A stretch of DNA of 64,000 nucleotides from a bacterium (GTDB lineage: Bacteria > UBA8248), in the NCBI GenBank assembly GCA_965200245.1, contig CBDATS010000004.1, positions 1,184,001 through 1,248,000 of the forward strand, in the 5' to 3' direction. The notes under the pieces were generated by a model. That model was not told where the DNA came from. It saw nothing but the letters and a program-made list of their open reading frames with translations, and ran no database searches. Positions 50,667-60,064 of the stretch are shown here, in pieces; position 1 is the first letter of the stretch; each line of letters opens with the position of its first letter. The position numbers and the translations under genes are program-made.

Positions 50667-50821
50667 GAAAGCCTCCGAAACGAATTGTTGGAGCAAAGGA
50701 CACGTTTACCGCCAATCATGCGGAAAATATACACGGGCACTGGACAGATTGCGAGTCCATGTCGTTAGAATGCCACCGCGTCCCGATCCACGATCATCAC
50801 CTCACATACAGGAGCACCTTG

Positions 50822-51214
50822 ATGCCTATTTACAGAAATCTCGCCAGCCAGAACCAGGGGAAAGCGGCCGATTACGTCACCGCAGACGCCAGCTGGGTGG
50901 ACGGCGCACACTCCACCATCGGTTATTTCCGTATGGAGGCGCACGGCCATTCGAATCCGCACTACCACCACGACGAGCAGTTCCTCTATCTCCTGAAGGG
51001 CAGGCTGCGCATCGCCGCAAGGGGCGAGATATTCGAAGCCGAGCCAGGCGATCTGGTACAGTTCGCGCCCGGAGATGTGCACGAGATCATGGCGCAGGAA
51101 GAGCCCGTGGAGCTTTTGCTTGTACGGAGCCCGGCACGGCCCAGTCTCGAGGTGCTCGCGGTGACGCCCGAAGGCGAGGGCGCGAGGAGCGTCCTCCGAC
51201 CTGAATCAAATTAA
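50822..51214 (+). CDS. Cupin domain protein
   Basis: PHYHHDEQ.LYLLKG...PGD...PGDVHEI; ATG after AGGAG. Confidence 0.82.
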   Translation: MPIYRNLASQNQGKAADYVTADASWVDGAHSTIGYFRMEAHGHSNPHYHHDEQFLYLLKGRLRIAARGEIFEAEPGDLVQFAPGDVHEIMAQEEPVELLLVRSPARPSLEVLAVTPEGEGARSVLRPESN

Positions 51215-51536
51215 CGCCTTGCATATCAACAAGATAAACTTTCAGAAATCCCGGTTCTCGGTCACAGCCGTACAGGGAGATAAATCGCGACTGGGGAGGG
51301 AGCAATTAAAAGCTGGAAGGGAATTTCGCGTCGCCCAAAACCGGATCGCCTGTTCCATTTTCCACCCTCCTCGCATCGCCGGGATACTGAATATCACGCG
51401 GGAATTTTCGCCTGTCCCCGAGAAAACCCGATGTAGCATCTGCGGGAAAATGTGGATCGATCTCTCCTAGTGGGAGGGGTTGCACCTTGGGAGTACATTC
51501 CGCAATCACGTCAAACACCCATTCGTGTTTGCTCAC

Positions 51537-51569
51537 AAAAAAACCGCCCCGCTCCGGTAGAGCGGGGCG
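51537..51569 (-). terminator. Rho-independent terminator of bcp
   Basis: Minus strand CGCCCCGCTC-TACCG-GAGCGGGGCG-G-TTTTTTT. Confidence 0.85.
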
Positions 51570-51589
51570 AGGGGAATGCGGAAACAACC

Positions 51590-52048
51590 CTAGAGTGCCT
51601 TCAGCACGTCCTTCGTATGGCCGGCCACCTTGACGTCCTTGAAAACTTTCTCGATGACGCCCATCTCATCAATGATGTAGGTAGTGCGGTAAATGCCGTT
51701 GAACTTCTCGCCGAACAGCGTTTTCTCGCCGTAGGCCCCGTATTTGGACGAGATGAGGCCGTCGGGGTCCGCCAGCAGGGTGAAGTCCAGGTCCAGTTTC
51801 TCGGAAAACTTCTTGTGGCTGACTTCGTTATCCGGGCTGACACCGATTACAGTCGCGTTCTTCTTGTGAATCTTTCCCAGTTCCCTGTTGAAGTCCCGCG
51901 CCTCCGCCGTGCATCCGGGCGTGTTGTCCTTCGGGTAGAAGTAGAGCACTACCTTCTGGCCCTTGTACTTCGAGAGCTGATGCACTTTGCCGTTTTCATC
52001 CCTCAGGGCGAAGGCGGGGGCTTTCACTCCTTCTTTTAGCGCTGCCAT
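51590..52048 (-). CDS. bcp: Thioredoxin-dependent peroxiredoxin BCP/PrxQ (single Cys)
   Basis: LYFYPKDNTPGCT.EA, GVSPD, RTTYIID. Confidence 0.93.
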   Translation of the reverse strand: MAALKEGVKAPAFALRDENGKVHQLSKYKGQKVVLYFYPKDNTPGCTAEARDFNRELGKIHKKNATVIGVSPDNEVSHKKFSEKLDLDFTLLADPDGLISSKYGAYGEKTLFGEKFNGIYRTTYIIDEMGVIEKVFKDVKVAGHTKDVLKAL

Positions 52049-52189
52049 TTCGCCCCCTTGTCGTTGCAGTCCTGTAGATCAAAAAAAACCACGCGCCATG
52101 ATACGCATGTTTGAGATAAAGCGGGAGCAATCGACGCTCGGGGAATTATACTGCCACAAACCGGAACAGACTTCAAGCGCGCCCCGGCT

Positions 52190-53047
52190 TCAGAGCCCCC
52201 AATCACGGGCGTAACGGAAATCGCGGTCTATCGTGCGCTGGCTGAGCTTGGCGATGAGCGGCAGGCGCCTCTTGTACTGGCTGCGCTGGACGAAGCGCTG
52301 GATACCGTCCACGAGTTCGGGCGGGAAGCCCTCGCCCAGGAGTTCCTCGCGCGTGTAACGGCGATCAATCATCCGGTAAAGCACGGCGTCGGCCACCTCG
52401 TAGGTGTAGCCAAGTTCCTGTTCGTCGGTCTGGCCCACCCACAAATCCGCGCTCGGGGCTTTCTCCACCACCTGCGCGGGCACGCCGACATGGCGCGAGA
52501 GTTGGCGTACCTGCGTCTTGAACAAATCGCCGATGGGGTTCACCGCGCTCGCCATGTCACCGAAGAGCGTACCATAGCCGAGCAGGAGTTCTGTCTTGTT
52601 GCTCGTGCCCAGCACCAGCGCGCTGAGCATGGCGGAATGATCATATAAGATCGTCATCCGCTCACGAGCCATCTTGTTGCCCCGGCGCAGGTTGTCCGCG
52701 TCCGGGAAGCGCTCGAAATAGGTGTCCACCTGGGGGGAGATGTCCACTACGTCGAAATGGATGCCGCTCGCTTCTGCCACTGCACGTGCGTCCGCCTCAC
52801 TCTGGGGGTTCGACAGTCGGTAGGGCATGATAACGCCCGTCACGTTCTCAGGCCCCATGGCGCGGGCAGCTAGGAAGGCCGAGAGCGCACTGTCTATCCC
52901 TCCCGAGAGGCCCAGCACGAGTTTCCTTACGCCCACTTTCGAAACTTCATCCCTGATGAAGCCCGAGAGCAAGCCGACGGCAAGATCGCCATCAAGTTCG
53001 AGTTCTGTCATCGCTTCTTCGATGAGTCCTTCATCCAGCAAGGCCAA
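52190..53047 (-). CDS. nadE: NAD+ synthetase (no glutaminase domain)
   Basis: [41 protein letters not shown]. Confidence 0.95.
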   Translation of the reverse strand: MALLDEGLIEEAMTELELDGDLAVGLLSGFIRDEVSKVGVRKLVLGLSGGIDSALSAFLAARAMGPENVTGVIMPYRLSNPQSEADARAVAEASGIHFDVVDISPQVDTYFERFPDADNLRRGNKMARERMTILYDHSAMLSALVLGTSNKTELLLGYGTLFGDMASAVNPIGDLFKTQVRQLSRHVGVPAQVVEKAPSADLWVGQTDEQELGYTYEVADAVLYRMIDRRYTREELLGEGFPPELVDGIQRFVQRSQYKRRLPLIAKLSQRTIDRDFRYARDWGL

Positions 53048-53197
53048 ATCCCCTGAATGAAAAGCGGTATCGCGACGATTTTCCTCGTATCATGCCTCCC
53101 GCCCGCGTGCCGCGCAACGCCTTGGACTCATTGACCGCGTGCGTGGCCCGGGGATACCCTTCCTTCCTCCATCCATTCACCCCTTTTTGGAGTCGGT

Positions 53198-53977
53198 ATG
53201 CCTTACGTGGGAAACATCGAAGACATCAAATGGATCTACGACCAGGAAGAGGCGATGCGCCAAGGCTCACCCATCCTCATCGACACGCCGAATCTGGAAG
53301 TGCGCGTCATCGTACTCCGTCCCGGCGCATACCCTCCCTATCACGCGCATCACGAGGAAATGGACGAGGGCTATCTTATCTATAACGGGCGCGGGATCAT
53401 CCACAACGATGGGCATACCTTCGAGGTCGGAAAGGGCGACGTACTCTTGAACCCGCGCGGGGCGATGCACCACATGAAAAACACAGGGGATGATGAACTG
53501 ATAGAGTTCAACTTCAGGGGCGGCCGGATGCCCTCCGGCTTCCTGATGCCGCCGGGCGACCCGCCGCCCAACCCGGACCCGGAATCGGTACAAAACCCCC
53601 TCGACCCGCCCGTGCCCTACATCAAGGGCGACATTGCCGGGCTCACAGGACCGTTCGACGCAAGCTCTGTCAAGGAAAAGGGACTCGCGCGCGCCATCTC
53701 CACTGAATACCTCGAATGTCAGATCGTCTCCTTCCCCCCGGGCGGAAGGCCACACGTTCACCGCCACCAGGATACGATGGACGAGGCGACGCTCGTTCTT
53801 GAAGGACACATGAACTTCATCATCGAAGGCGAGACGACAGAGGCTTCCCAGGGCGATCTCGTCCACACCCCCGGCGGGGCATGGCATACCGTGCACAACG
53901 TAAGCGACGCTACCGCCGTTCTCTTCAACTTCAGGGGCGGTGCGCTACCCTCCAAAACCGAATGGCGGGATACCTAG
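53198..53977 (+). CDS. Double-cupin protein
   Basis: Two cupin repeats (HAH..MDE...G..H; HRH..MDE...G..H), both ending FNFRGG, joined by a Pro-rich linker. Confidence 0.85.
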   Translation: MPYVGNIEDIKWIYDQEEAMRQGSPILIDTPNLEVRVIVLRPGAYPPYHAHHEEMDEGYLIYNGRGIIHNDGHTFEVGKGDVLLNPRGAMHHMKNTGDDELIEFNFRGGRMPSGFLMPPGDPPPNPDPESVQNPLDPPVPYIKGDIAGLTGPFDASSVKEKGLARAISTEYLECQIVSFPPGGRPHVHRHQDTMDEATLVLEGHMNFIIEGETTEASQGDLVHTPGGAWHTVHNVSDATAVLFNFRGGALPSKTEWRDT

Positions 53978-54139
53978 AGAGCAATCACCCGCAAGGGTGG
54001 ACTTTCGCCCCCATCCATCTCGATTCGCAAGGCTTTCGCAGGGACGGTTCTCGAACCGTCTCTGGATCAGAAAGCGCGTTCTGGCCATAGGAACAGCTCA
54101 CGACTTTCCCCCAAGGGAACCAGAAAATTTGCGAACAGC

Positions 54140-54304
54140 ACGAGCGTGGTCCTCTCCGTGGGCTTTGCCCTGTTCGCCGCCTCGGGCTACGAGGGGATCT
54201 GGATGCTCGGGCTGATGGTGACACTCATGATCAGTCTGGGGCTGCTCACCGACTTCTTTCTTCTGCCGACGCTGCTGATGCGTTTCGATCGGAGGAAACC
54301 ATGA
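54140..54304 (+). pseudogene. Remnant: last two TM helices of an MMPL/RND transporter
   Basis: TSVVLSVGFALFAASGYEGIWMLGLMVTLMISLGLLTDFFLLPTLL...*; no upstream body. Confidence 0.6.
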
Positions 54305-54964
54305 TCACCCGACTGTCCCTCCTGCTTCCCCTGGTGTGCCAGTACGTTCTGGTTCATCCGCCTGCGCCGGCTTCGCGTGAAGGTTCTGGAGGCGGAAGGG
54401 TGCGGGAACAAGAGCCTGTTCGTCTTCGAACGCCCGCGCGACGTGAAGGGCACGGCCCTGCTCGCCCACTCCCACAGGGACAGGGGCGACGACCAGTGGC
54501 TCTACCTGCCCGCCCTCAAGCGGGTGAAGCGCATCAGTTCGTCGAACCGGTCGGGCTCGTTCATGGGCAGCGAGTTCTCCTACGAGGACATGGGGACCCA
54601 GGAGGTCGAGAAGTTCACCTACCGCTACCGGGGGGAGGAGCCCTGCGGGAAGCTGACGTGCACGGTCGTGGAACGCTTCCCGACGGACAGGCGTTCGGGC
54701 TACACGCGCCAGGTCGTCTGGCAGGACAGGGACGAGCTTCGCGCCTGGAAGATCCAGTACTACGACCGGAAGAACTCGCACCTGAAGACGCTGACGTTCA
54801 GCAAGTACAGGAAGTTTCTGGACAGGTTCTGGCAGTCGCACGAGATGAAGATGGTGAACCACCAGACGGGCAAGAGCACCGTGCTGCGCTGGAAGGACTA
54901 CAAATTCCGCACCGGTCTCAGGGAGAGCGAATTCACGCGAACCGGCCTGAGACGGGTACGCTGA
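54301..54964 (+). pseudogene. Outer-membrane lipoprotein-sorting (LolA-like) protein with N-terminal deletion/frameshift
   Basis: ATG 54301 (GGAGG) starts a signal-peptide-like MITRLSLLLPLV out of frame with the body KSLFVFERPRDVKGTALL...DDQWLYLPALKRVKRISS...FMGSEFSYED. Confidence 0.7.
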
Positions 54965-55743
54965 TGGCGATGCACGCTCGCCGACATGGATTATACGATA
55001 CGCGTTCTGAGCGTCGAGTGGAAACGACGCCGACGCCTCTCGGATCGGTGGCCCATGAAGCTCAAGACCATCGCCCTTTCGTCGTCCTGAACCTGACGTA
55101 CAACTTCCAGCGGGGCTCTGTCGAGATACTTCCGGAATCACGACCTTCCTTTCAGGAGCGACGATACCGAAAGTCGGTTTATAGAATTTACAGGCCAAGC
55201 TCACCTTGCCGCCGCTGCAGAAGAAATACTTATGACGCAGTCGGTCAATCTGGTTCTTCTATATCGAAGCGCGCGCTTTCGATTCGCACACCTGCCAGAC
55301 AGTACGGGCACGCCGCCGCGCGAGAAAGTCCTTTCAAGCCCGGCGTTGGATCGTCCGGGAAATAAACCGGCACAGGAGAACATTTCCTGGTATTTGGAGC
55401 TGCGGGAGTCCCGTCCTCAAGAAGCCTCCTGAAGGGTTTTCGCGTTGCGCGATCGTATTCCCTCGGGGATGTTCAAAGAGAACGCCATGCGCGTTTCATG
55501 ACGGGAAATTTCAAATTCGGACTGCATAACAAATTCTGAAAGCATTCATTACACTTGTCGCAAAGCGATACACGGAAGCAGCGGGGCAAAGTCCGTTTCC
55601 GATGCCTCGACCGCAACTCTGCTGGACCAACGAACACGCGTTATACCGCGATCACACCGAAAACGGTCTCTTGCTACAAATGTGCGGCCAAACTGGCACC
55701 CCTGAGCGAATTTTCGGAAAGTACGATTGCGGTCTCCACCGGA

Positions 55744-56820
55744 TCAGTCCTTAACGCGTGTCCCCGTGGAACCCTCGAACAGATGAACGTTTTCCATATC
55801 AAAGAACACCCGGAGATTCTCCCCCACCCGAGCGCGGAAATGACCTTCCTCCTTCACCGTGAGCACCTCTCCCCCGATATCGAGGGCGACGTAGGTATCC
55901 GAACCCAGCGGCTCGACGAGTTCCACCCGACCATCTGCGGAAACGAAGCGCGCCCCCTCTCCCTGAAACCCCAGGTGTTCGGGGCGGAAGCCGAGCGTGT
56001 AGACCTCTCCTTCCCGGCACGCCTCGGGAAGCGGGAAACGCACGACGCCCCCGCCGAGTTCGATATCTCCCTCCGAACGACGGGCACAGCCCTCGATGAA
56101 GTTCATCGCCGGGCTCCCCAGAAACCCCGCCACGAAACGGTTGAGCGGGCGATCGTAAAGCGCGGTGGGAGGTCCCGCCTGCAGTATCTTCCCCTCGTCC
56201 ATGACGACGATACGATCCCCCATCGTCATCGCCTCGGTCTGATCATGCGTGACGTAGATCGAGGTCGTGCCCAAGCGACGCTGGATCTTTCGGATCTCGG
56301 CACGGGCGATCACGCGCAACTTGGCGTCCAGGTTGCTGAGCGGCTCATCGAAGAGAAAGGCCACCGGGTCGCGTACGATGGCCCGGCAGACCGCCACCCG
56401 TTGGCGCTGGCCGCCCGAGAGCTGGCGCGGCTTGCGGGCGAGGAGGTCATCCAGCCCCATGAGAGCGGTGGCTTCCTTCACGCGGCGGTCAATCTCCCCC
56501 GGGGGAATCCGGCGCACGCGCAGACCGAAAGCCATGTTCTCGTATACCGTCATGTGGGGATAGAGGGCGTAGTTCTGAAACACCATGGCCATGTTGCGAT
56601 CCTTGGCCGGAATCTCGTTCACACGCTCACCCGACACGCGTATCTCGCCCCCCGTGGGAAACTCCAGGCCCGCCACCATCCGCAGCGTCGTCGTCTTCCC
56701 GCAGCCCGACGGTCCAACAAGGACGAGGAACTCTCCCTCTTCCACCTCGAGGTTGATTCCGTCCACGGCGCGCACGCTGCCGAAGTGTTTGCTCAGGTTC
56801 TCGAGACTCACGGTGCCCAA
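55744..56820 (-). CDS. CUT1 sugar-type ABC transporter ATPase (MalK/UgpC-like)
   Basis: GPSGCGKTT, VFQNYALYPHMTV, LSGGQRQR, DEPLSNLDAKLR, YVTHDQ.EA. Confidence 0.95.
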   Translation of the reverse strand: MGTVSLENLSKHFGSVRAVDGINLEVEEGEFLVLVGPSGCGKTTTLRMVAGLEFPTGGEIRVSGERVNEIPAKDRNMAMVFQNYALYPHMTVYENMAFGLRVRRIPPGEIDRRVKEATALMGLDDLLARKPRQLSGGQRQRVAVCRAIVRDPVAFLFDEPLSNLDAKLRVIARAEIRKIQRRLGTTSIYVTHDQTEAMTMGDRIVVMDEGKILQAGPPTALYDRPLNRFVAGFLGSPAMNFIEGCARRSEGDIELGGGVVRFPLPEACREGEVYTLGFRPEHLGFQGEGARFVSADGRVELVEPLGSDTYVALDIGGEVLTVKEEGHFRARVGENLRVFFDMENVHLFEGSTGTRVKD

Positions 56821-56831
56821 GCCGACTCCCC

Positions 56832-57680
56832 CTACTTCACCGCTCCGGCCGTGAGGGCGCGGACGAGATAACGCTGCATGAAAAAACCCACCAGCAGGGC
56901 GGGCAACATGATGAGCGTCGCAAGTGTGGACATATCCTGCCAGAAAACCTGCATCTCACCCATCGTCTCCGCCAACCGGACGGGGATGGTGCGCGCGTGC
57001 ACGTTCGTCAGCATGAACGCGAACATGAACTCGTTCCAGGCCAGAAGAAAAACGAAAATGGAAGTCGCCGCAATACCCGAGGACGCGAGGGGAAAGGTTA
57101 CCCGCGCCAGGGTGCGCAGCGCACCGCAGCCGTCCAGGGCGGCAGCTTCTTCAAGTTCTTTCGGAATGCCGTCGAAAAACGCCTTCATCAGCCATGTGCC
57201 AAAGGGGATGTTGAGGGCAGTGTAAATAAGGATCAGGATCAACCGCGTGTCGAGTATCTGGAGATAACGAAACAGCAGATAGAGTGGAACTACGGCCGTG
57301 ACGGGCGGTAGCAGACGCGTGGCCAGCATGAAAAACAGAAGATAATTCGACGCCCGGAAGCGATAGCGCGAAAACGCATAGGCTGCAAGGGAAGATACCA
57401 GCAGGGTGAGAAAGGTCGTCACCACCGCGATGAGGGTGCTGTTCCAGATGAAGCGCAAGGCCGACTCGTTTCCGAGCCCCAGGAACTTCTCATATGAGGA
57501 GAAATCAGGACTCACGAAAACCTTGGGCGGGATGCTGAAGATGGCGGTCTCATCCTTCAGCGAAGTGAGCATGATCCACACGATCGGAAACAGGCTGAAC
57601 GCGAGCAGCACCAACATTGCCCCTCGTGCAGCCGGGAAGGAGGGAATTCCGGGCCCGATCTGTTCTTCGCCCCGCGGCAT
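56832..57680 (-). CDS. CUT1 ABC transporter permease
   Basis: IPKELEEAAALDG EAA loop, LAWNEF. Confidence 0.93.
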   Translation of the reverse strand: MPRGEEQIGPGIPSFPAARGAMLVLLAFSLFPIVWIMLTSLKDETAIFSIPPKVFVSPDFSSYEKFLGLGNESALRFIWNSTLIAVVTTFLTLLVSSLAAYAFSRYRFRASNYLLFFMLATRLLPPVTAVVPLYLLFRYLQILDTRLILILIYTALNIPFGTWLMKAFFDGIPKELEEAAALDGCGALRTLARVTFPLASSGIAATSIFVFLLAWNEFMFAFMLTNVHARTIPVRLAETMGEMQVFWQDMSTLATLIMLPALLVGFFMQRYLVRALTAGAVK

Positions 57681-57683
57681 TGC

Positions 57684-58610
57684 CTAGCTATCCCTGTCCT
57701 GAATGAGCCGCAAGTAGGCGACCGCGATTCCCGCACCGAGCACGAGAAGGACAACCGAGGTGGCCGCCGCGTTGCCTACGTCGAAATAGCGAAAATACGT
57801 GCGCTGAACAAGCAGGCCGTAAGGCATGGTGGACGTGCCGGGGCCTCCTTCGGTGAGAATATAGGGAATATCAAACACCCGCAGCTTGAAAATGGTCTGA
57901 AACAGCAGCGCGACTACCAGCGGGGGAAGAATGAGCGGAAAGGTGATCCGCCGGAACACCTGCACGCGGTTCGCGCCGTCCACATGGGCGGCTTCGAACA
58001 CCTCGTTGGGCAGGGCGGTGATGCCCGCCAGGAGAATCATGGTGACGAAGGGCGTTGAACGCCATGCCTCGCAGATCACGATTGCCCAGAAGGCAGGGCC
58101 AGTCTCGGCGAGCCAGTTCACCTTGGCAATTCCCACGAGAGTGAGCAGGAGGTTCACGATGCCAATGTCGCGGTCCCACATGAGCCGCCAGCCGAGGCCG
58201 ACCGCAATGGGAGCGACCATATAGGGGGTCAAGAGAAAAGAGGTCACGAGTCGCCTGCCGCGTACCAGCCCGTAGAGCAGCAGTGCGCTCGCCACACCCA
58301 GTACAAACTCCAGGGCGATGGTGGCCACGGTGAAGCCCAGGCTGAAGCGGGTTACGGGCCAGAAATCGGGGTCGACCGTGAGCAAGCGAATGTAGTTTGC
58401 GAATCCGACGAAGCTGGAGAGATGAGGCGTGGTGAGCCGCCACTCCCACAGCGAGAGATAAATATTGTAGATTGAGGGATAGACCAGTATCCCACCAAGG
58501 ATGGCGAAGGCAGGCGCCATGAGCAGATAGGGCGCCATCGCCTGCTTTCGCGCGGGGGTAAACCACGACCGGCCCCCTCGCGCCGTTTTCTGGGCGGTTC
58601 CAGTACTCAC
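57684..58610 (-). CDS. CUT1 ABC transporter permease (start uncertain)
   Basis: FVGFANY, WRSTPF, EAAHVDGA, TEGGPG. Confidence 0.93.
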   Translation of the reverse strand: MSTGTAQKTARGGRSWFTPARKQAMAPYLLMAPAFAILGGILVYPSIYNIYLSLWEWRLTTPHLSSFVGFANYIRLLTVDPDFWPVTRFSLGFTVATIALEFVLGVASALLLYGLVRGRRLVTSFLLTPYMVAPIAVGLGWRLMWDRDIGIVNLLLTLVGIAKVNWLAETGPAFWAIVICEAWRSTPFVTMILLAGITALPNEVFEAAHVDGANRVQVFRRITFPLILPPLVVALLFQTIFKLRVFDIPYILTEGGPGTSTMPYGLLVQRTYFRYFDVGNAAATSVVLLVLGAGIAVAYLRLIQDRDS

Positions 58611-58668
58611 GACCCTCTCCGTTTTCTCGTTTGCGGCCGCGCCGCACGTATGACGAGCCCAATCCTCT

Positions 58669-58695
58669 CCCGGGAGGATGGATCGCCCTCCCGGG
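58669..58695 (-). promoter_or_regulatory. Intercistronic stem-loop after the solute-binding protein gene (possible mRNA stabiliser)
   Basis: 9-bp inverted repeat CCCGGGAGG...CCTCCCGGG without a U-tract. Confidence 0.45.
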
Positions 58696-58730
58696 GACTC
58701 GTCCATACGTCCAGGCAGTCGAGAGTGGCC

Positions 58731-60005
58731 TTACTTCAAGACCGCACTGATCTGCTTGCAAGCATCCTGCATGGCCTGCTTCGCGCTTTTCTTCTTCTGC
58801 AGGTAGTTGATGACTTCCTTCGAGGTGGCGTCACTGATTTCGGACGCGCGCGGATGCTGCGCCGCGCCGCTTCCCCGACTGATGGCGGTCAGCCACGCCT
58901 TCGCCACCGGAAACTTCTTCAGGTAGTCCGCGTTGTTGTAGACCGAACTGCGAACCGGGCCGTTCGCCCATTGCAGGGCGCCCCGAAGCTGGTTTTTCTT
59001 GTTAGAGAGCGCCATCATGAGCTCCCAAGCCGCCTTCTTGTTCTTGCTCTTCCTGTCCATGACGAGATGCCAGCCGCCGTTCAGGGTGGCGCCGGTATTC
59101 TTGCCATCCAGCGTCGGAACGAGGAACCAACCCAGCTTGTCAGCCGTCTTGGACTTCTTGGGGTTGGTCATCAGGCCCCAATAAGGGGAAAAATAGACCC
59201 CCATGGCCGCGCGGCCCTGCATCATGGCGTTTCGGTATTCGTCCCGGCCCCAGGCCAGCATGTCGGGCGGCGACCAGCCGCTGCGAAAAGGCTTGCCGAA
59301 GACTTCGAGCAACTTGATCGAATCGGCGCGGTCGAGCAAGCAGGTCTTGTTGTCGGCGGAGAGTACGCCGTGGCCCGAACTGTGGAGATAGCGCAGGAAG
59401 TCCTGTTCCACGTGGACGCCCGGTTTTCCGCGCTGAACGACGCCATAGACCTTGCCGGGCTGGTTCAGCTTCTCGGCCGCGGCGAGGAATTCGTCCCACG
59501 TCTTGGGAATCGAGACTTTGGCCGCCGCGAACAGGTCCTTGCGGTAATAGACGATTCCCGTTCCCGTCCGGTAAGGAATCCCGTAGGCGGGCCCACCGGG
59601 CTTTGGGAAGCGGGTAGTACCCGAGAGAGCGGGGATGAGATCTCCATAGTCGTAGTCTGCCGGCGCGCTCTTGATGTAGTTGTCCAAAGGCTCCAAAAAG
59701 CCGATCGTCTCGGGGTTGACCCATGCATCGACCCAAGACACAACGTCGAACTGTCCGCCTCCGGCAGCGAAGGAGAGTACTGCCTTGTCCTTGATCTTCC
59801 CGTAGGGGGTGGTCACCACGGTCACCTTGATGCCCTTTTCCTTATCAAGGTCGGCCACCACGCCCTTCGGCCCCCCAGCCGCCTTGAACAGGGTCGGGTG
59901 GATGAGGAGTGTGACCTTTTTGGCCGCCGCTGCAGGAAGTGCGAGCCCTGCCAACAGGGCGACCACGGCAATAAGGCAAATTAACCAGCGTCCGGAACGT
60001 TTCAT
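58731..60005 (-). CDS. CUT1 ABC transporter solute-binding protein
   Basis: Signal peptide, LEPLD, YGIP, YYRKDLF, PKTWDE, GGW. Confidence 0.92.
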   Translation of the reverse strand: MKRSGRWLICLIAVVALLAGLALPAAAAKKVTLLIHPTLFKAAGGPKGVVADLDKEKGIKVTVVTTPYGKIKDKAVLSFAAGGGQFDVVSWVDAWVNPETIGFLEPLDNYIKSAPADYDYGDLIPALSGTTRFPKPGGPAYGIPYRTGTGIVYYRKDLFAAAKVSIPKTWDEFLAAAEKLNQPGKVYGVVQRGKPGVHVEQDFLRYLHSSGHGVLSADNKTCLLDRADSIKLLEVFGKPFRSGWSPPDMLAWGRDEYRNAMMQGRAAMGVYFSPYWGLMTNPKKSKTADKLGWFLVPTLDGKNTGATLNGGWHLVMDRKSKNKKAAWELMMALSNKKNQLRGALQWANGPVRSSVYNNADYLKKFPVAKAWLTAISRGSGAAQHPRASEISDATSKEVINYLQKKKSAKQAMQDACKQISAVLK

Positions 60006-60064
60006 CGTTTCTCCTCCCTTTTCTGGGTGTTCGATCCAAGGCGATGCGAACTCCTAAAGAGCGG

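Noticed and set aside
46157-50696. Recurring DNA words (e.g. AAAAACTCGAA(T/C)TCATC) as CRISPR or tandem repeats
   Set aside because: They recur at ~1-1.4 kb spacing and are the conserved N-terminal codons of the paralogous genes.
51215-51536. Structured ncRNA or small gene in the cupin-bcp intergenic region
   Set aside because: Only a short hairpin and unconvincing ORFs; nothing recognisable beyond the bcp terminator.
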